Source: a virus (taxonomy: Duplodnaviria; Caudoviricetes). From it: 56,370 bases of DNA. How positions within the stretch are numbered: the stretch's first letter is position 1; every line of letters begins with the position of its first letter. The position numbers were made by a program, and so were the translations under genes. Under the pieces are notes generated by a model. That model made no database searches. It was not told where the DNA came from and saw only the letters and a program-made list of their open reading frames with translations. Location: IMG/VR virus record IMGVR_UViG_3300032247_001505, positions 1 through 56,370 of that record. One strand, given 5' to 3'. This document shows positions 19,580-28,141 of the stretch, in pieces.

Positions 19580-19650
19580 TAAAAATTTCCTTAGTGTTAT
19601 TTTAAATATATAGCTAAATTTACGTAAACGTTAAATTTAACTATTTGTAT

Positions 19651-19679
19651 ATTATAAAGTAATTTAGTTTACAAGTCAA
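19651..19679 (-). promoter_or_regulatory. sigma70-type promoter for the carbamoyltransferase-to-pcyX cassette
   Basis: Minus strand TTGACT-17 nt-TATAAT. Confidence 0.8.
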
Positions 19680-19697
19680 CTGTATTTTTAGTTTAGC

Positions 19698-20204
19698 TTA
19701 TACTTGTGGAGGTGTTGGTGCAGTTATAGCCAGTTTTTCTGGAAACAACGGCCAATTTATATCATAAACTGTTTTCCACTCTGTGCCAACTTTACTAGTT
19801 GCATTTCGTAGTGCTTCACGAAATGCAACTAGCTCAGTTTTAATATCTTGAGGCAAGTCTGGTACAAGCATATATTTATCAGTTTGTTGCAACATGCTGT
19901 TTCTAGCTATGCGAAGTTGATTTATATCTATGCTAATATCTTGTTTATGAAATGTAAAAGTTTTATTAGCAAAATCGTATTTAATACCGCCTTGTTTAAT
20001 TAATTTATATTCTGTGGTTAATCTGTTAGGATCACCAAAGAAAAATGCTTTAATTAACTCGTAATTAGGCGTAGTTTCACTAACAGCAATTTGTTCAGCA
20101 TTTGCAGGTACTAGTTTTTCAGATAATATATTAGAACCAGTATAGCCATATTCTTGTGTAGGAATACCTGTAAGTTTATCAACTAATATTGTAAAAGTTG
20201 TCAT
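19698..20204 (-). CDS. tail fibre assembly chaperone-like protein 3
   Basis: LRIARNSMLQQTD...FREALRN...WPLFP motif of phage tail assembly chaperones. Confidence 0.7.
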   Translation of the reverse strand: MTTFTILVDKLTGIPTQEYGYTGSNILSEKLVPANAEQIAVSETTPNYELIKAFFFGDPNRLTTEYKLIKQGGIKYDFANKTFTFHKQDISIDINQLRIARNSMLQQTDKYMLVPDLPQDIKTELVAFREALRNATSKVGTEWKTVYDINWPLFPEKLAITAPTPPQV

Positions 20205-20208
20205 AATA

Positions 20209-21009
20209 TTAAAACCTTATTTGAATCAAACCGTTGCGTCCAACTCCAGCTTGTTGACAAGCACAACTATGGTGATGAGCACCAGCACCACCACCGCCTG
20301 GTTGACTACAGTTTGCACAAGCAAGCCAGTCAGTGCAACAAAACTCTTGCGCTCTTAATACGCCATTGCCAAAACTTGTACCCCCTGCATAACTAGGATA
20401 ATACATACTTTGCGAATCACTGTACATACCAATCCAACCATGACTTCTATGGCAACCACCAGCTGTTGTACCTGCACCAACTTCATTACAATAATTTACT
20501 ACACAAGAAGCACAACTTACTGTTCCTGCTGCAGCACTGGATTGAGTATAGCCTTTATTCCAAGTAACAGTACTTTGATTATCACCACATAAACAATATC
20601 CATAACACATATTTATACCAGCACCACCACCAGGCGCACATAAATAGGTAATATTAGTACCAGTAACAATAGCAGCATCACCACTACCACCTTGGCAACA
20701 CGAATGACTAGTTTCTGCACCAATACTACAATACATACCACCAGGCGGAACTGTTAGTGAGTAGGCATCACCAGCTGTAACAGGTATAGTCATAGCTGCA
20801 TAAACTCCACCACTACCACCTTGACCCTGGTGATAGCAGTCACAACAACATTTTGCACCGCCACCTCCACCTGAACCCCACAACTCAAATGTAGCACAAG
20901 TTACACCAGCAGGAACTGTCCAAGTATAACTACCTGGTGTATTATATATACATAACCTACTGCATCTTACTTGTGAAGTAGGATTATCGTTTGTTGAATA
21001 TCTTGCCAT
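20209..21009 (-). CDS. Cys/Gly-rich putative fibre-tip protein 3
   Basis: WTVPAGVTCATFELWGSGGGG, C-terminal GRNGLIQIRF; about 24 Cys. Confidence 0.65.
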   Translation of the reverse strand: MARYSTNDNPTSQVRCSRLCIYNTPGSYTWTVPAGVTCATFELWGSGGGGGAKCCCDCYHQGQGGSGGVYAAMTIPVTAGDAYSLTVPPGGMYCSIGAETSHSCCQGGSGDAAIVTGTNITYLCAPGGGAGINMCYGYCLCGDNQSTVTWNKGYTQSSAAAGTVSCASCVVNYCNEVGAGTTAGGCHRSHGWIGMYSDSQSMYYPSYAGGTSFGNGVLRAQEFCCTDWLACANCSQPGGGGAGAHHHSCACQQAGVGRNGLIQIRF

Positions 21010-21018
21010 ATTTACTCC

Positions 21019-21462
21019 TTACCAAGGTTTAGTAGGCCAAATTATGGCCGCTTGTTGAGCGGGATCGCGAGTAGTAGTATCTGTGGGCAGTACTATGTTA
21101 TTTAGCTGTGTAATATAGTCTTGAATTTGTGCTCTAAAACTTTGTGGCAAATCTGTAATTTGTGCATATTTTTGTGCTTCTAGTTTTAAGTTTAACAAAT
21201 CTCGTTGTCTGTTTTCTAAAATATTTGGTTTAAGCACTTGCATAGTAACCACATTCCAACTATTAGTTGTTAGGTTATATTTAGTAGCCATATTATCTAG
21301 TAAAGTATCTTCAACTTTAAACTCTAATAAGTCAATCATTTGTTGAGTAATAGGCACATACTGTAGTACATCTTGATTTATAGGCATAGTAGTGTCTTCA
21401 TAAACACTACAATAGTTATTTTCTAAGTTGCCTGTAAACTTATTAATTATGGTATATTTCAT
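21019..21462 (-). CDS. tail fibre assembly chaperone-like protein 2
   Basis: C-terminal YITQL...IIWPTKPW; position between Gly-rich genes. Confidence 0.6.
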   Translation of the reverse strand: MKYTIINKFTGNLENNYCSVYEDTTMPINQDVLQYVPITQQMIDLLEFKVEDTLLDNMATKYNLTTNSWNVVTMQVLKPNILENRQRDLLNLKLEAQKYAQITDLPQSFRAQIQDYITQLNNIVLPTDTTTRDPAQQAAIIWPTKPW

Positions 21463-21471
21463 AACTACTCC

Positions 21472-22197
21472 TTACATTGTAATTATAACTAAACCATCTG
21501 CACCACCACTAGTACAGGCCTGTTGACAATCACACCATCCACCTGCAAACATACCTCTTGCAGGACTGCCGCCGCCTGGATATGTACCTGCTGTACCACA
21601 ATTTAAATAACTACTTACACTGCCTACACCACCTGGCACTATAGTTGAACCTCCACCAAAAGGCGACGCACCAGCAACTTGTAAACCATAATTACCATTA
21701 GCACCATAAAAATTTGCTGATAAACGCGTGCCATTTGCTCCAGTTATATTAATATCACCACCAAAAGCACAACCACCACAACTGCCACTAATATAATCAT
21801 TACACCAATGCCCACCCCTTCCACCTACTGCACAAAAATTACTTAATCCAGTGCCGGTAACGTATGTAGGCCATCCACAACAACCACAGGCATTTCCATT
21901 ATACCAATTCATAGTACCACAACCACCTTGACCAACTACTATTGTATAAATAGTACCAGGCGTTACTGCAAGTGTTTTCATGCTATAGCCACCGCCGCCG
22001 CCTGGTGATCCACCATAGCATGTGCAACAACAACTAGGAGATCCACTACCACCACCGCCCCATAACTCAAATGTAACACAATTTACATTAGCAGGAACTG
22101 TCCAGGTTTGTGTTGCGCTGGTTGCAGCTGCTGGAAAAAATATCTTTTTAGCCGAAGATTGAATTACAGTTGCCCCAACATTAATATAACGTCCCAT
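21472..22197 (-). CDS. Cys/Gly-rich putative fibre-tip protein 2
   Basis: WTVPANVNCVTFELWGGGGSG, CCCTC, GADGLVIITM; about 17 Cys. Confidence 0.65.
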   Translation of the reverse strand: MGRYINVGATVIQSSAKKIFFPAAATSATQTWTVPANVNCVTFELWGGGGSGSPSCCCTCYGGSPGGGGGYSMKTLAVTPGTIYTIVVGQGGCGTMNWYNGNACGCCGWPTYVTGTGLSNFCAVGGRGGHWCNDYISGSCGGCAFGGDINITGANGTRLSANFYGANGNYGLQVAGASPFGGGSTIVPGGVGSVSSYLNCGTAGTYPGGGSPARGMFAGGWCDCQQACTSGGADGLVIITM

Positions 22198-22465
22198 TTG
22201 CCGCCTCCTTAGCTAAAATATTTTTAGCTTCTTCATCGCCTAGAGATGCTTTTTGTTTTAGTGCATCTATATCCCTAGGTGATTTAGGCCAGATTAATTG
22301 TGTATAATCAAAGTCTGCAGGTTTATCTACAAAATAGTCTCGCAACAACTGTCTCCAATGTTTCCACCTATTAATTTCTGTTTCGTCGTAAAGTTCGCTA
22401 ATAGTAACATCACTTTGTTTTAGTAAATTATTTCTTACTAGTTTTGAAAATTCTAATGTAGGCAT
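22181..22465 (-). CDS. tail fibre assembly chaperone-like protein 1
   Basis: RNNLLKQSD...WKHWRQLLRD...IWPKSP. Confidence 0.75.
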   Translation of the reverse strand: MPTLEFSKLVRNNLLKQSDVTISELYDETEINRWKHWRQLLRDYFVDKPADFDYTQLIWPKSPRDIDALKQKASLGDEEAKNILAKEAANGTLY

Positions 22466-22469
22466 AATG

Positions 22470-23201
22470 TCACCATGTAATTTTTACAAAACCAGGTGCA
22501 CCGCGTCCAGCACCATAAGAACAGCATGTGCAGCCAGTATAACAACCATGTCCTGCGCCACCGCCACCAGGTACTCTGCCATGTAATCCAGGATTATTGA
22601 CGGCATCACCAGATCCACTAAAATTTGTTCCACCGTTTACTCCGCCTGCACCGCCACCTGGGCCTCCAGCTGCACCACCTATACTATAACTATTTTCAGG
22701 ACTGGTACCCGCCAAACCAAGAATACCACTCATACCTGCGGCGTTTATAGTACCATTATATCCTTGACCACCTTTTGCACCATTGCAACCACAATGACCG
22801 TAGCAATTAATAGTAAAATTACCACAACCTCCTAGGCCTCCAGTAGCACAAAAAGTAGTTAAACCAGTACCTGTAACAAAACTAGTACCTCCTGCTATCC
22901 CATTACAACAAAGAGCGGGATCAGCCCCAAAGTTAGTATTTGCTGAACTAACACCTGCATTTCCAGCACATACAGTATACTGACTGCCGGGTGTTACACT
23001 AATTTGTTTCATAGCATACCCACCACCACCACCAGGTTGAGTACGTGAACAACAGTCACATTGTCCAGCACCAGCAGCAGCACCGCCACCACCACCCCAG
23101 ATTTCAAATATTACACTGTTAACACTATCTGGTACTGTCCACTGACAGCATTTACCACCTACAGCAATACAAGTGGTATCATAAACTACTGTTATTGGCA
23201 T
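22470..23201 (-). CDS. Cys/Gly-rich putative fibre-tip protein 1
   Basis: WTVPDSVNSVIFEIWGGGGG, CDCC, GAPGFVKITW; about 18 Cys. Confidence 0.65.
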   Translation of the reverse strand: MPITVVYDTTCIAVGGKCCQWTVPDSVNSVIFEIWGGGGGAAAGAGQCDCCSRTQPGGGGGYAMKQISVTPGSQYTVCAGNAGVSSANTNFGADPALCCNGIAGGTSFVTGTGLTTFCATGGLGGCGNFTINCYGHCGCNGAKGGQGYNGTINAAGMSGILGLAGTSPENSYSIGGAAGGPGGGAGGVNGGTNFSGSGDAVNNPGLHGRVPGGGGAGHGCYTGCTCCSYGAGRGAPGFVKITW

Positions 23202-23204
23202 ATA

Positions 23205-23528
23205 TTACCCCTCAATCCCATAAGCAATAGCATTAACAGTTGCAGTACTAGCATACACTACTAGTCCCATGCCTGCTGGAACTAGTATGCCTGTGCGTTC
23301 AAGAACACCTAGTGGATTAAGTAGTGTATTATACTCTAAAAATTCGCCAGCACTAGGAGTAGCACTTGTACTAAGTGCTACTCTAACGCTTGTAGCAGTT
23401 GTAGTGTCTGTATTGCAAATATTTAAAGTAACTACTGCTATTTTACCAGCAGCTACTTGTGAAGTTGTAATTACGTTTGTGTAAGTAGTCGCACTTAGCG
23501 ACAGCTTATTATATATTCCTGAAGCCAT
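23205..23528 (-). CDS. small beta-rich structural/adaptor protein
   Basis: 107-aa ORF (VVTLNICN...LERTGILV...YGIEG) in the fibre operon, with RBS. Confidence 0.6.
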   Translation of the reverse strand: MASGIYNKLSLSATTYTNVITTSQVAAGKIAVVTLNICNTDTTTATSVRVALSTSATPSAGEFLEYNTLLNPLGVLERTGILVPAGMGLVVYASTATVNAIAYGIEG

Positions 23529-23541
23529 TGTGTCTCCTTAA

Positions 23542-26500
23542 TTACATTGCAGCATAGAAAAGAAAATCTCTTCTATTACCAACTGCGGCTAATCCTGTGT
23601 CTACGTACTGTTTAGTAGAGGCATGCAAGTTACTTGTAGGATCTGCATTTAGTGTTAGTGTACCAGTTAGTGTACCACCAGTTAAATTTAACTTTAATGC
23701 ATCATTATCGTCTACATATTTTTTAGTAGCAGCATGTAGGTCGCTAGTAGGTGCACCACTTAAAACTAGTGTACCTGTCATAGTACTGCCAGCAAGTTTT
23801 ACATCTAGTGCGTCTTTAGTATCTACATAAGTTTTTACTGCATATTCAGTAGGAACTGCAAGATTACTTGCATCTGCTAGTGTTCCATCACTGGAAAACT
23901 CATTAATTTGTTCACCAAGTTGAGCACCAATACTACCTAATCGCAAACTACTCAAACCGCTTAGATCAAAAGCACTAGCATTTAGTGTAGCTTTACCAGT
24001 TGCCTGATCAATTTTAAAATATTTACCTACTCTGTAGTTACCGTCTTGGTCAGTGCTTACATAGAACACACGACCAGGAAAAGTTTCTACAGTTTCATTA
24101 CCTTGTGAAGCAGCTTGTGTTGGTGTATTAGGATAGTTAGTTGTTGTAATACCACCAGTACCAATTGACAAGAAATCGTGGCCTGTTAAACGAGTTTGTG
24201 AGTATTTAGTGCGAACAGTTACTGTAGTATTATCAGCACTACCACTTGGTTTTTCTTGTGCTAGTACTAAAACAATTTCACTAGTGGTACTTGTCCAAGT
24301 ACCAGTTGTACTTTGAATAACATAACTAAAAGTATCGCCAGTTAAACTAATTGAACTACCTGCTTTAGGAATACTAGCAAATCCTTTTGCTACTAATACA
24401 AATCCTTTTTGATCTTCTACAGCTGATTTAACAGTTCCTACTACACTACCACTAACAGTTAAATTTTCATTAGTTTGAAAAGTACCAGTAATACTTTTAA
24501 TATACAGCTTATTAGCACTATATTGTACGTTTAGTACTACACCAGTTGCTCCACTTGTAGCTCCAGTAACTGTATTACCAACACTAATATTTCCACCAGT
24601 ATAAGTAAACGGTAAAACACGTCCTACTAGTGTGCCTGTTAATGCTGTTTCTGTAGAATCATATCCACTAGATACAGCCCCATATGTGCCGTAACTGTTG
24701 TTACCATTTAGTGCACGAATAAATCCACCACCAGTAGTTGCATAACCAAAATATGCATAGTATGTAAAACACGAAACAATCTCTGCTTTACCACCATCCT
24801 TAATCCAGTATCCTACACCATTGTCTGTAATAACTGTATAGCCATGAAAAATCATGCTTTTATTACCAGTACTGTGCACAGTACCATCTACAAGTGCACC
24901 AATTGCACCAGGACAAATTGCAGAACACTCTAAAACATAAGGTGATTTTGTAGTAATAGGACTAGCACTATTAAATCCTACTACAACTGCTCGTACAGTA
25001 CTAGTAGTAATATCAGCCGCAGTTGCACCTGTAGTCCAGCCTGTCATACCAGTAAAGGTCATTTTATTTAAAATGCTGCCGTTACTTAGTTTCCACATCG
25101 TACTAGCACTATTTAGGGTGGTGCCATCATCACTTACACCAGTTTTAGCATTAACTATAGTAGTACGTTGATTATCACCAACAATAGCTACACCTGCTGG
25201 AACTACAATAGGTAGTTGCTCGTTATAAGTACCAGTTTTAACATAGATTGTTGCACTAACGCCTGCAGCATTAGCTACTTGACAAGCATATTTAATACTA
25301 GCAAAAGGAGTAGTTAAATTTTTACCACTAGCAGCTGCATCTGTACCATGTGGTGCAACATAATAAGTATTTTGGCTTTGAGTTGCTCCAATCCAATCAA
25401 TACTAGTACCATCTGGTTTAACAGTTAAACTTTGACCAGCATCATCTGCTTGAATAGTAGGCAGTACCTCTGCTCCACCTTGTACAAATATAGCCCATTT
25501 AGCATCATTTAGGTCAGTAGTAAAACTACTGCTACTAGTATGATCCATAGTAGAAATATAGGCACTACCAATAGCATTTTTTACTACATCATCTTTTAAG
25601 TAGTATGTGGTCTGTGCCCAAGTACCGCGCCAACGAATACCACCATTAAATTTCAACCAGTTATTAGCAGACAAATCAGTTGCAAATACTGTTGAAGCAT
25701 GTGGCACTAAACTAATATAAGTATTACCACCATAAACTACTACTTCATCAATACCATATTCAGTACTAGTAGCCCAGGTTCCACGATTTTTAAAACCGTA
25801 TACTAATTTATTCCAAGTAGCTGTTGTAGTTGGGTTTACATTAGAGTTATCAGCAATGGCTTGAAATAGTGAACCACCATAGGTAATTACTTGCCCAATT
25901 TTATATACTGTAGAACTAGACCAAGCACCTTGATAACTAAAACCTTGGTTTAGTAATTCCCAGCTTGCACTAACTGTTGGTAGTACGCTACTTTGTGTTT
26001 GTTTGCTACGATAAGTATTTGAACCATACGTAACAATATCATTTAAGTAATATGTAGTACCAGAAACATAAGCACCTTGATAAGTTGCTCCACCAACTAA
26101 CAAATCCCAACTTGCTGTAGTTGTAGGAACTGTATTAGCTTGTGTTTGTTTGCTACGATATAGATTAGGTCCATAAGCAACAATATCATTTAAGTAATAA
26201 GTAGTAGCACTATTATAAGTACCTTGATATGCGGTACCGCTTACTAATGTTTCCCACTTTGTAGTATCACTTGGCAAGTTACCAGTTGTATTTACTTTAG
26301 CACGATAAATATTGGGACCATAAGCTACTAAATCATTGGGCACATAAGCAGTAGCATTATTGTAAATACCTTGTGCACTTACGCCTTCAACAAACTTATC
26401 CCAATATGATGTTACAGTAGGTAAATTACCTGTGCTATCTTGTTTAGCAATGTATACTGAACCACCATAAACAACTACGTCATTTTTTTGATATGCAGTA

Positions 26501-26862
26501 GCACCGCTATAAGTGCCTTCATACTGAATACCATCAGCAAATAGTGACCAATATGTTGTATTTGGAGGAGTTTGACCAGTACTATCTAATACTGAAACAT
26601 AAACTTTACCACCCCAAGCAACTCCATCGCCAACTTTATATGCTGTAACAGTACTAAATACACCTTTAAACTTGAAGCCTTCAATCATTAAGGCCCAATA
26701 AGCAGTATTAGTGGGTAAATTACCAGAAGTTTTTAATGCATAAGTATATACATATACGTTACCACCATACTTAACAATATCATTAGATTCATAAGTAGTA
26801 GAATTACTCCAATCGCCTGCAAAGTAAAATCTTAGTTTTCCTAGATCAATTAATTGACTCAT
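23542..26862 (-). CDS. large fibre/spike protein: N-terminal carbohydrate-binding-like repeats, pectin-lyase-like beta-helix, C-terminal fibre repeats
   Basis: About nine ~49-aa repeats (Y..ND.V.YG...Y......P.....W); YYVAPHGTD...PFASIKYA...IYVKTGTYNE...GD; HAATKKYVD-type motifs. Confidence 0.75.
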   Translation of the reverse strand: MSQLIDLGKLRFYFAGDWSNSTTYESNDIVKYGGNVYVYTYALKTSGNLPTNTAYWALMIEGFKFKGVFSTVTAYKVGDGVAWGGKVYVSVLDSTGQTPPNTTYWSLFADGIQYEGTYSGATAYQKNDVVVYGGSVYIAKQDSTGNLPTVTSYWDKFVEGVSAQGIYNNATAYVPNDLVAYGPNIYRAKVNTTGNLPSDTTKWETLVSGTAYQGTYNSATTYYLNDIVAYGPNLYRSKQTQANTVPTTTASWDLLVGGATYQGAYVSGTTYYLNDIVTYGSNTYRSKQTQSSVLPTVSASWELLNQGFSYQGAWSSSTVYKIGQVITYGGSLFQAIADNSNVNPTTTATWNKLVYGFKNRGTWATSTEYGIDEVVVYGGNTYISLVPHASTVFATDLSANNWLKFNGGIRWRGTWAQTTYYLKDDVVKNAIGSAYISTMDHTSSSSFTTDLNDAKWAIFVQGGAEVLPTIQADDAGQSLTVKPDGTSIDWIGATQSQNTYYVAPHGTDAAASGKNLTTPFASIKYACQVANAAGVSATIYVKTGTYNEQLPIVVPAGVAIVGDNQRTTIVNAKTGVSDDGTTLNSASTMWKLSNGSILNKMTFTGMTGWTTGATAADITTSTVRAVVVGFNSASPITTKSPYVLECSAICPGAIGALVDGTVHSTGNKSMIFHGYTVITDNGVGYWIKDGGKAEIVSCFTYYAYFGYATTGGGFIRALNGNNSYGTYGAVSSGYDSTETALTGTLVGRVLPFTYTGGNISVGNTVTGATSGATGVVLNVQYSANKLYIKSITGTFQTNENLTVSGSVVGTVKSAVEDQKGFVLVAKGFASIPKAGSSISLTGDTFSYVIQSTTGTWTSTTSEIVLVLAQEKPSGSADNTTVTVRTKYSQTRLTGHDFLSIGTGGITTTNYPNTPTQAASQGNETVETFPGRVFYVSTDQDGNYRVGKYFKIDQATGKATLNASAFDLSGLSSLRLGSIGAQLGEQINEFSSDGTLADASNLAVPTEYAVKTYVDTKDALDVKLAGSTMTGTLVLSGAPTSDLHAATKKYVDDNDALKLNLTGGTLTGTLTLNADPTSNLHASTKQYVDTGLAAVGNRRDFLFYAAM

Positions 26863-27089
26863 AGCATCCTCATTAATAAATGTCCTTTATCACCCCAATA
26901 AAATTGTAAGGTGTCCTTTGTCCATAACCACTGCTTATAATCTAAAGGATCAATTATATTATCTTGTGGTAAGCTTACTGGAGTATCTCCATCTAAAACT
27001 TCTACGTTTAACCCGCCATCATTAGGATTTAATCGAAATCCATAGAATACTTTGTCAACAAGGTCTGTGCCTTCATAAAATCCGCTCAT
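26859..27089 (-). CDS. hypothetical protein (fibre operon)
   Basis: 76-aa ORF with start/stop overlaps on both sides. Confidence 0.65.
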   Translation of the reverse strand: MSGFYEGTDLVDKVFYGFRLNPNDGGLNVEVLDGDTPVSLPQDNIIDPLDYKQWLWTKDTLQFYWGDKGHLLMRML

Positions 27090-27409
27090 TATGAGACTCC
27101 TTGTAGTATGGAGAAAACAACATCAAGGCTACTATCTACTTTTGATGAAACAATTAGCTTATCGCCAACAGCTAGTACCAATTTGTTACCTTTCATAAGT
27201 TCAAAGGGCTCACCACTTTCTATACGCTTATCTTTGTGTATATAAGTATCTGTTGAACTTCTACGCAATTTAATTGTAATAGGAACAGTGGTTGACAGTA
27301 AGTTTGTTATACTACAACCAATTACAATTGATTTATCCGGCGCTGTAAATACTTCTACTTCTGTGGTTCCTACACCTCGAGAAATTGCATTTATAAAACT
27401 TGTTGCCAT
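27089..27409 (-). CDS. small beta-rich structural/adaptor protein
   Basis: 106-aa ORF, similar in size and pattern to 23205-23528. Confidence 0.6.
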   Translation of the reverse strand: MATSFINAISRGVGTTEVEVFTAPDKSIVIGCSITNLLSTTVPITIKLRRSSTDTYIHKDKRIESGEPFELMKGNKLVLAVGDKLIVSSKVDSSLDVVFSILQGVS

Positions 27410-27412
27410 ATT

Positions 27413-27598
27413 TTATCCTAGTGCAATAGCCATAACAATTGCTGTTTCAGTTGCAATTTGTTGAGCACTAGAAGCCTGAGTTGCTTTAAGTTGTTCTACG
27501 TCAGTATTTAAATTAATAAAGTTATTGTCTAGTTCTGTGTTAGTTAGGGGACGATTAACAGCAGTCGTCCCAGTTTGTCTAGTAACAATGGTAGCCAT
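27413..27598 (-). CDS. small fibre-base protein
   Basis: PLTNTELDNNFINL and C-terminal AIVMAIALG, motifs typical of phage fibre proteins. Confidence 0.6.
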   Translation of the reverse strand: MATIVTRQTGTTAVNRPLTNTELDNNFINLNTDVEQLKATQASSAQQIATETAIVMAIALG

Positions 27599-27618
27599 AA
27601 TAATCCCCTAATTATAAA

Positions 27619-28092
27619 TTAAACTGCAGCTAGCGAAATCTTCCAAGTAATTACTAGTGTATCATTAGCACCTTTATTGATAACACTAAATACAGTACGG
27701 CAAAGCATTAGTTCAGGAAGGCTTGGGTTACCATCATTAAAAATACCTGCTTCAGTAATAGCACCAGTACCAATACCAGTACTAAAAGTAGCAATATATT
27801 GAATAGTATCATTAGTAACTGTAGTAGTTACAATTGTTGTTGAGTCTAGTGCAGAACGTGCTACTTCTGCAATTAAACCTGTTTGTGTAGCTGCAGCAGT
27901 AGTAGTACCTGTACCAATAGCTATATGTGACATAACTGCACTACTAGTGTCTTTCATACGACTAGCAATATAGGCTAAACCTGTATTAACTACTAGATTA
28001 GTGTGTTCACGATTTTCAATAACATTGCCAAATTGATCTAACAAGTTTAATTGTAGGGTACCTTTGGCTTTTAATAGTGAATTATTTTCCAC
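27619..28092 (-). CDS. fibre attachment/collar-like structural protein
   Basis: NLVVNTG, HIAIGTG, ITEAGIF, RTVFSVINK...TWKI pattern; GTG start with AAGGA. Confidence 0.6.
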   Translation of the reverse strand: MENNSLLKAKGTLQLNLLDQFGNVIENREHTNLVVNTGLAYIASRMKDTSSAVMSHIAIGTGTTTAAATQTGLIAEVARSALDSTTIVTTTVTNDTIQYIATFSTGIGTGAITEAGIFNDGNPSLPELMLCRTVFSVINKGANDTLVITWKISLAAV

Positions 28093-28141
28093 AATAAATT
28101 TCCTTTAAAATTAGAATACCAAAGCAGTTGCTGTTGGCAAG

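Noticed and set aside
19698-23201. Diversity-generating retroelement or invertible cassette behind the three paralogues
   Set aside because: No reverse transcriptase or invertase in the window, all copies share one orientation, and no near-identical template/variable repeats were seen
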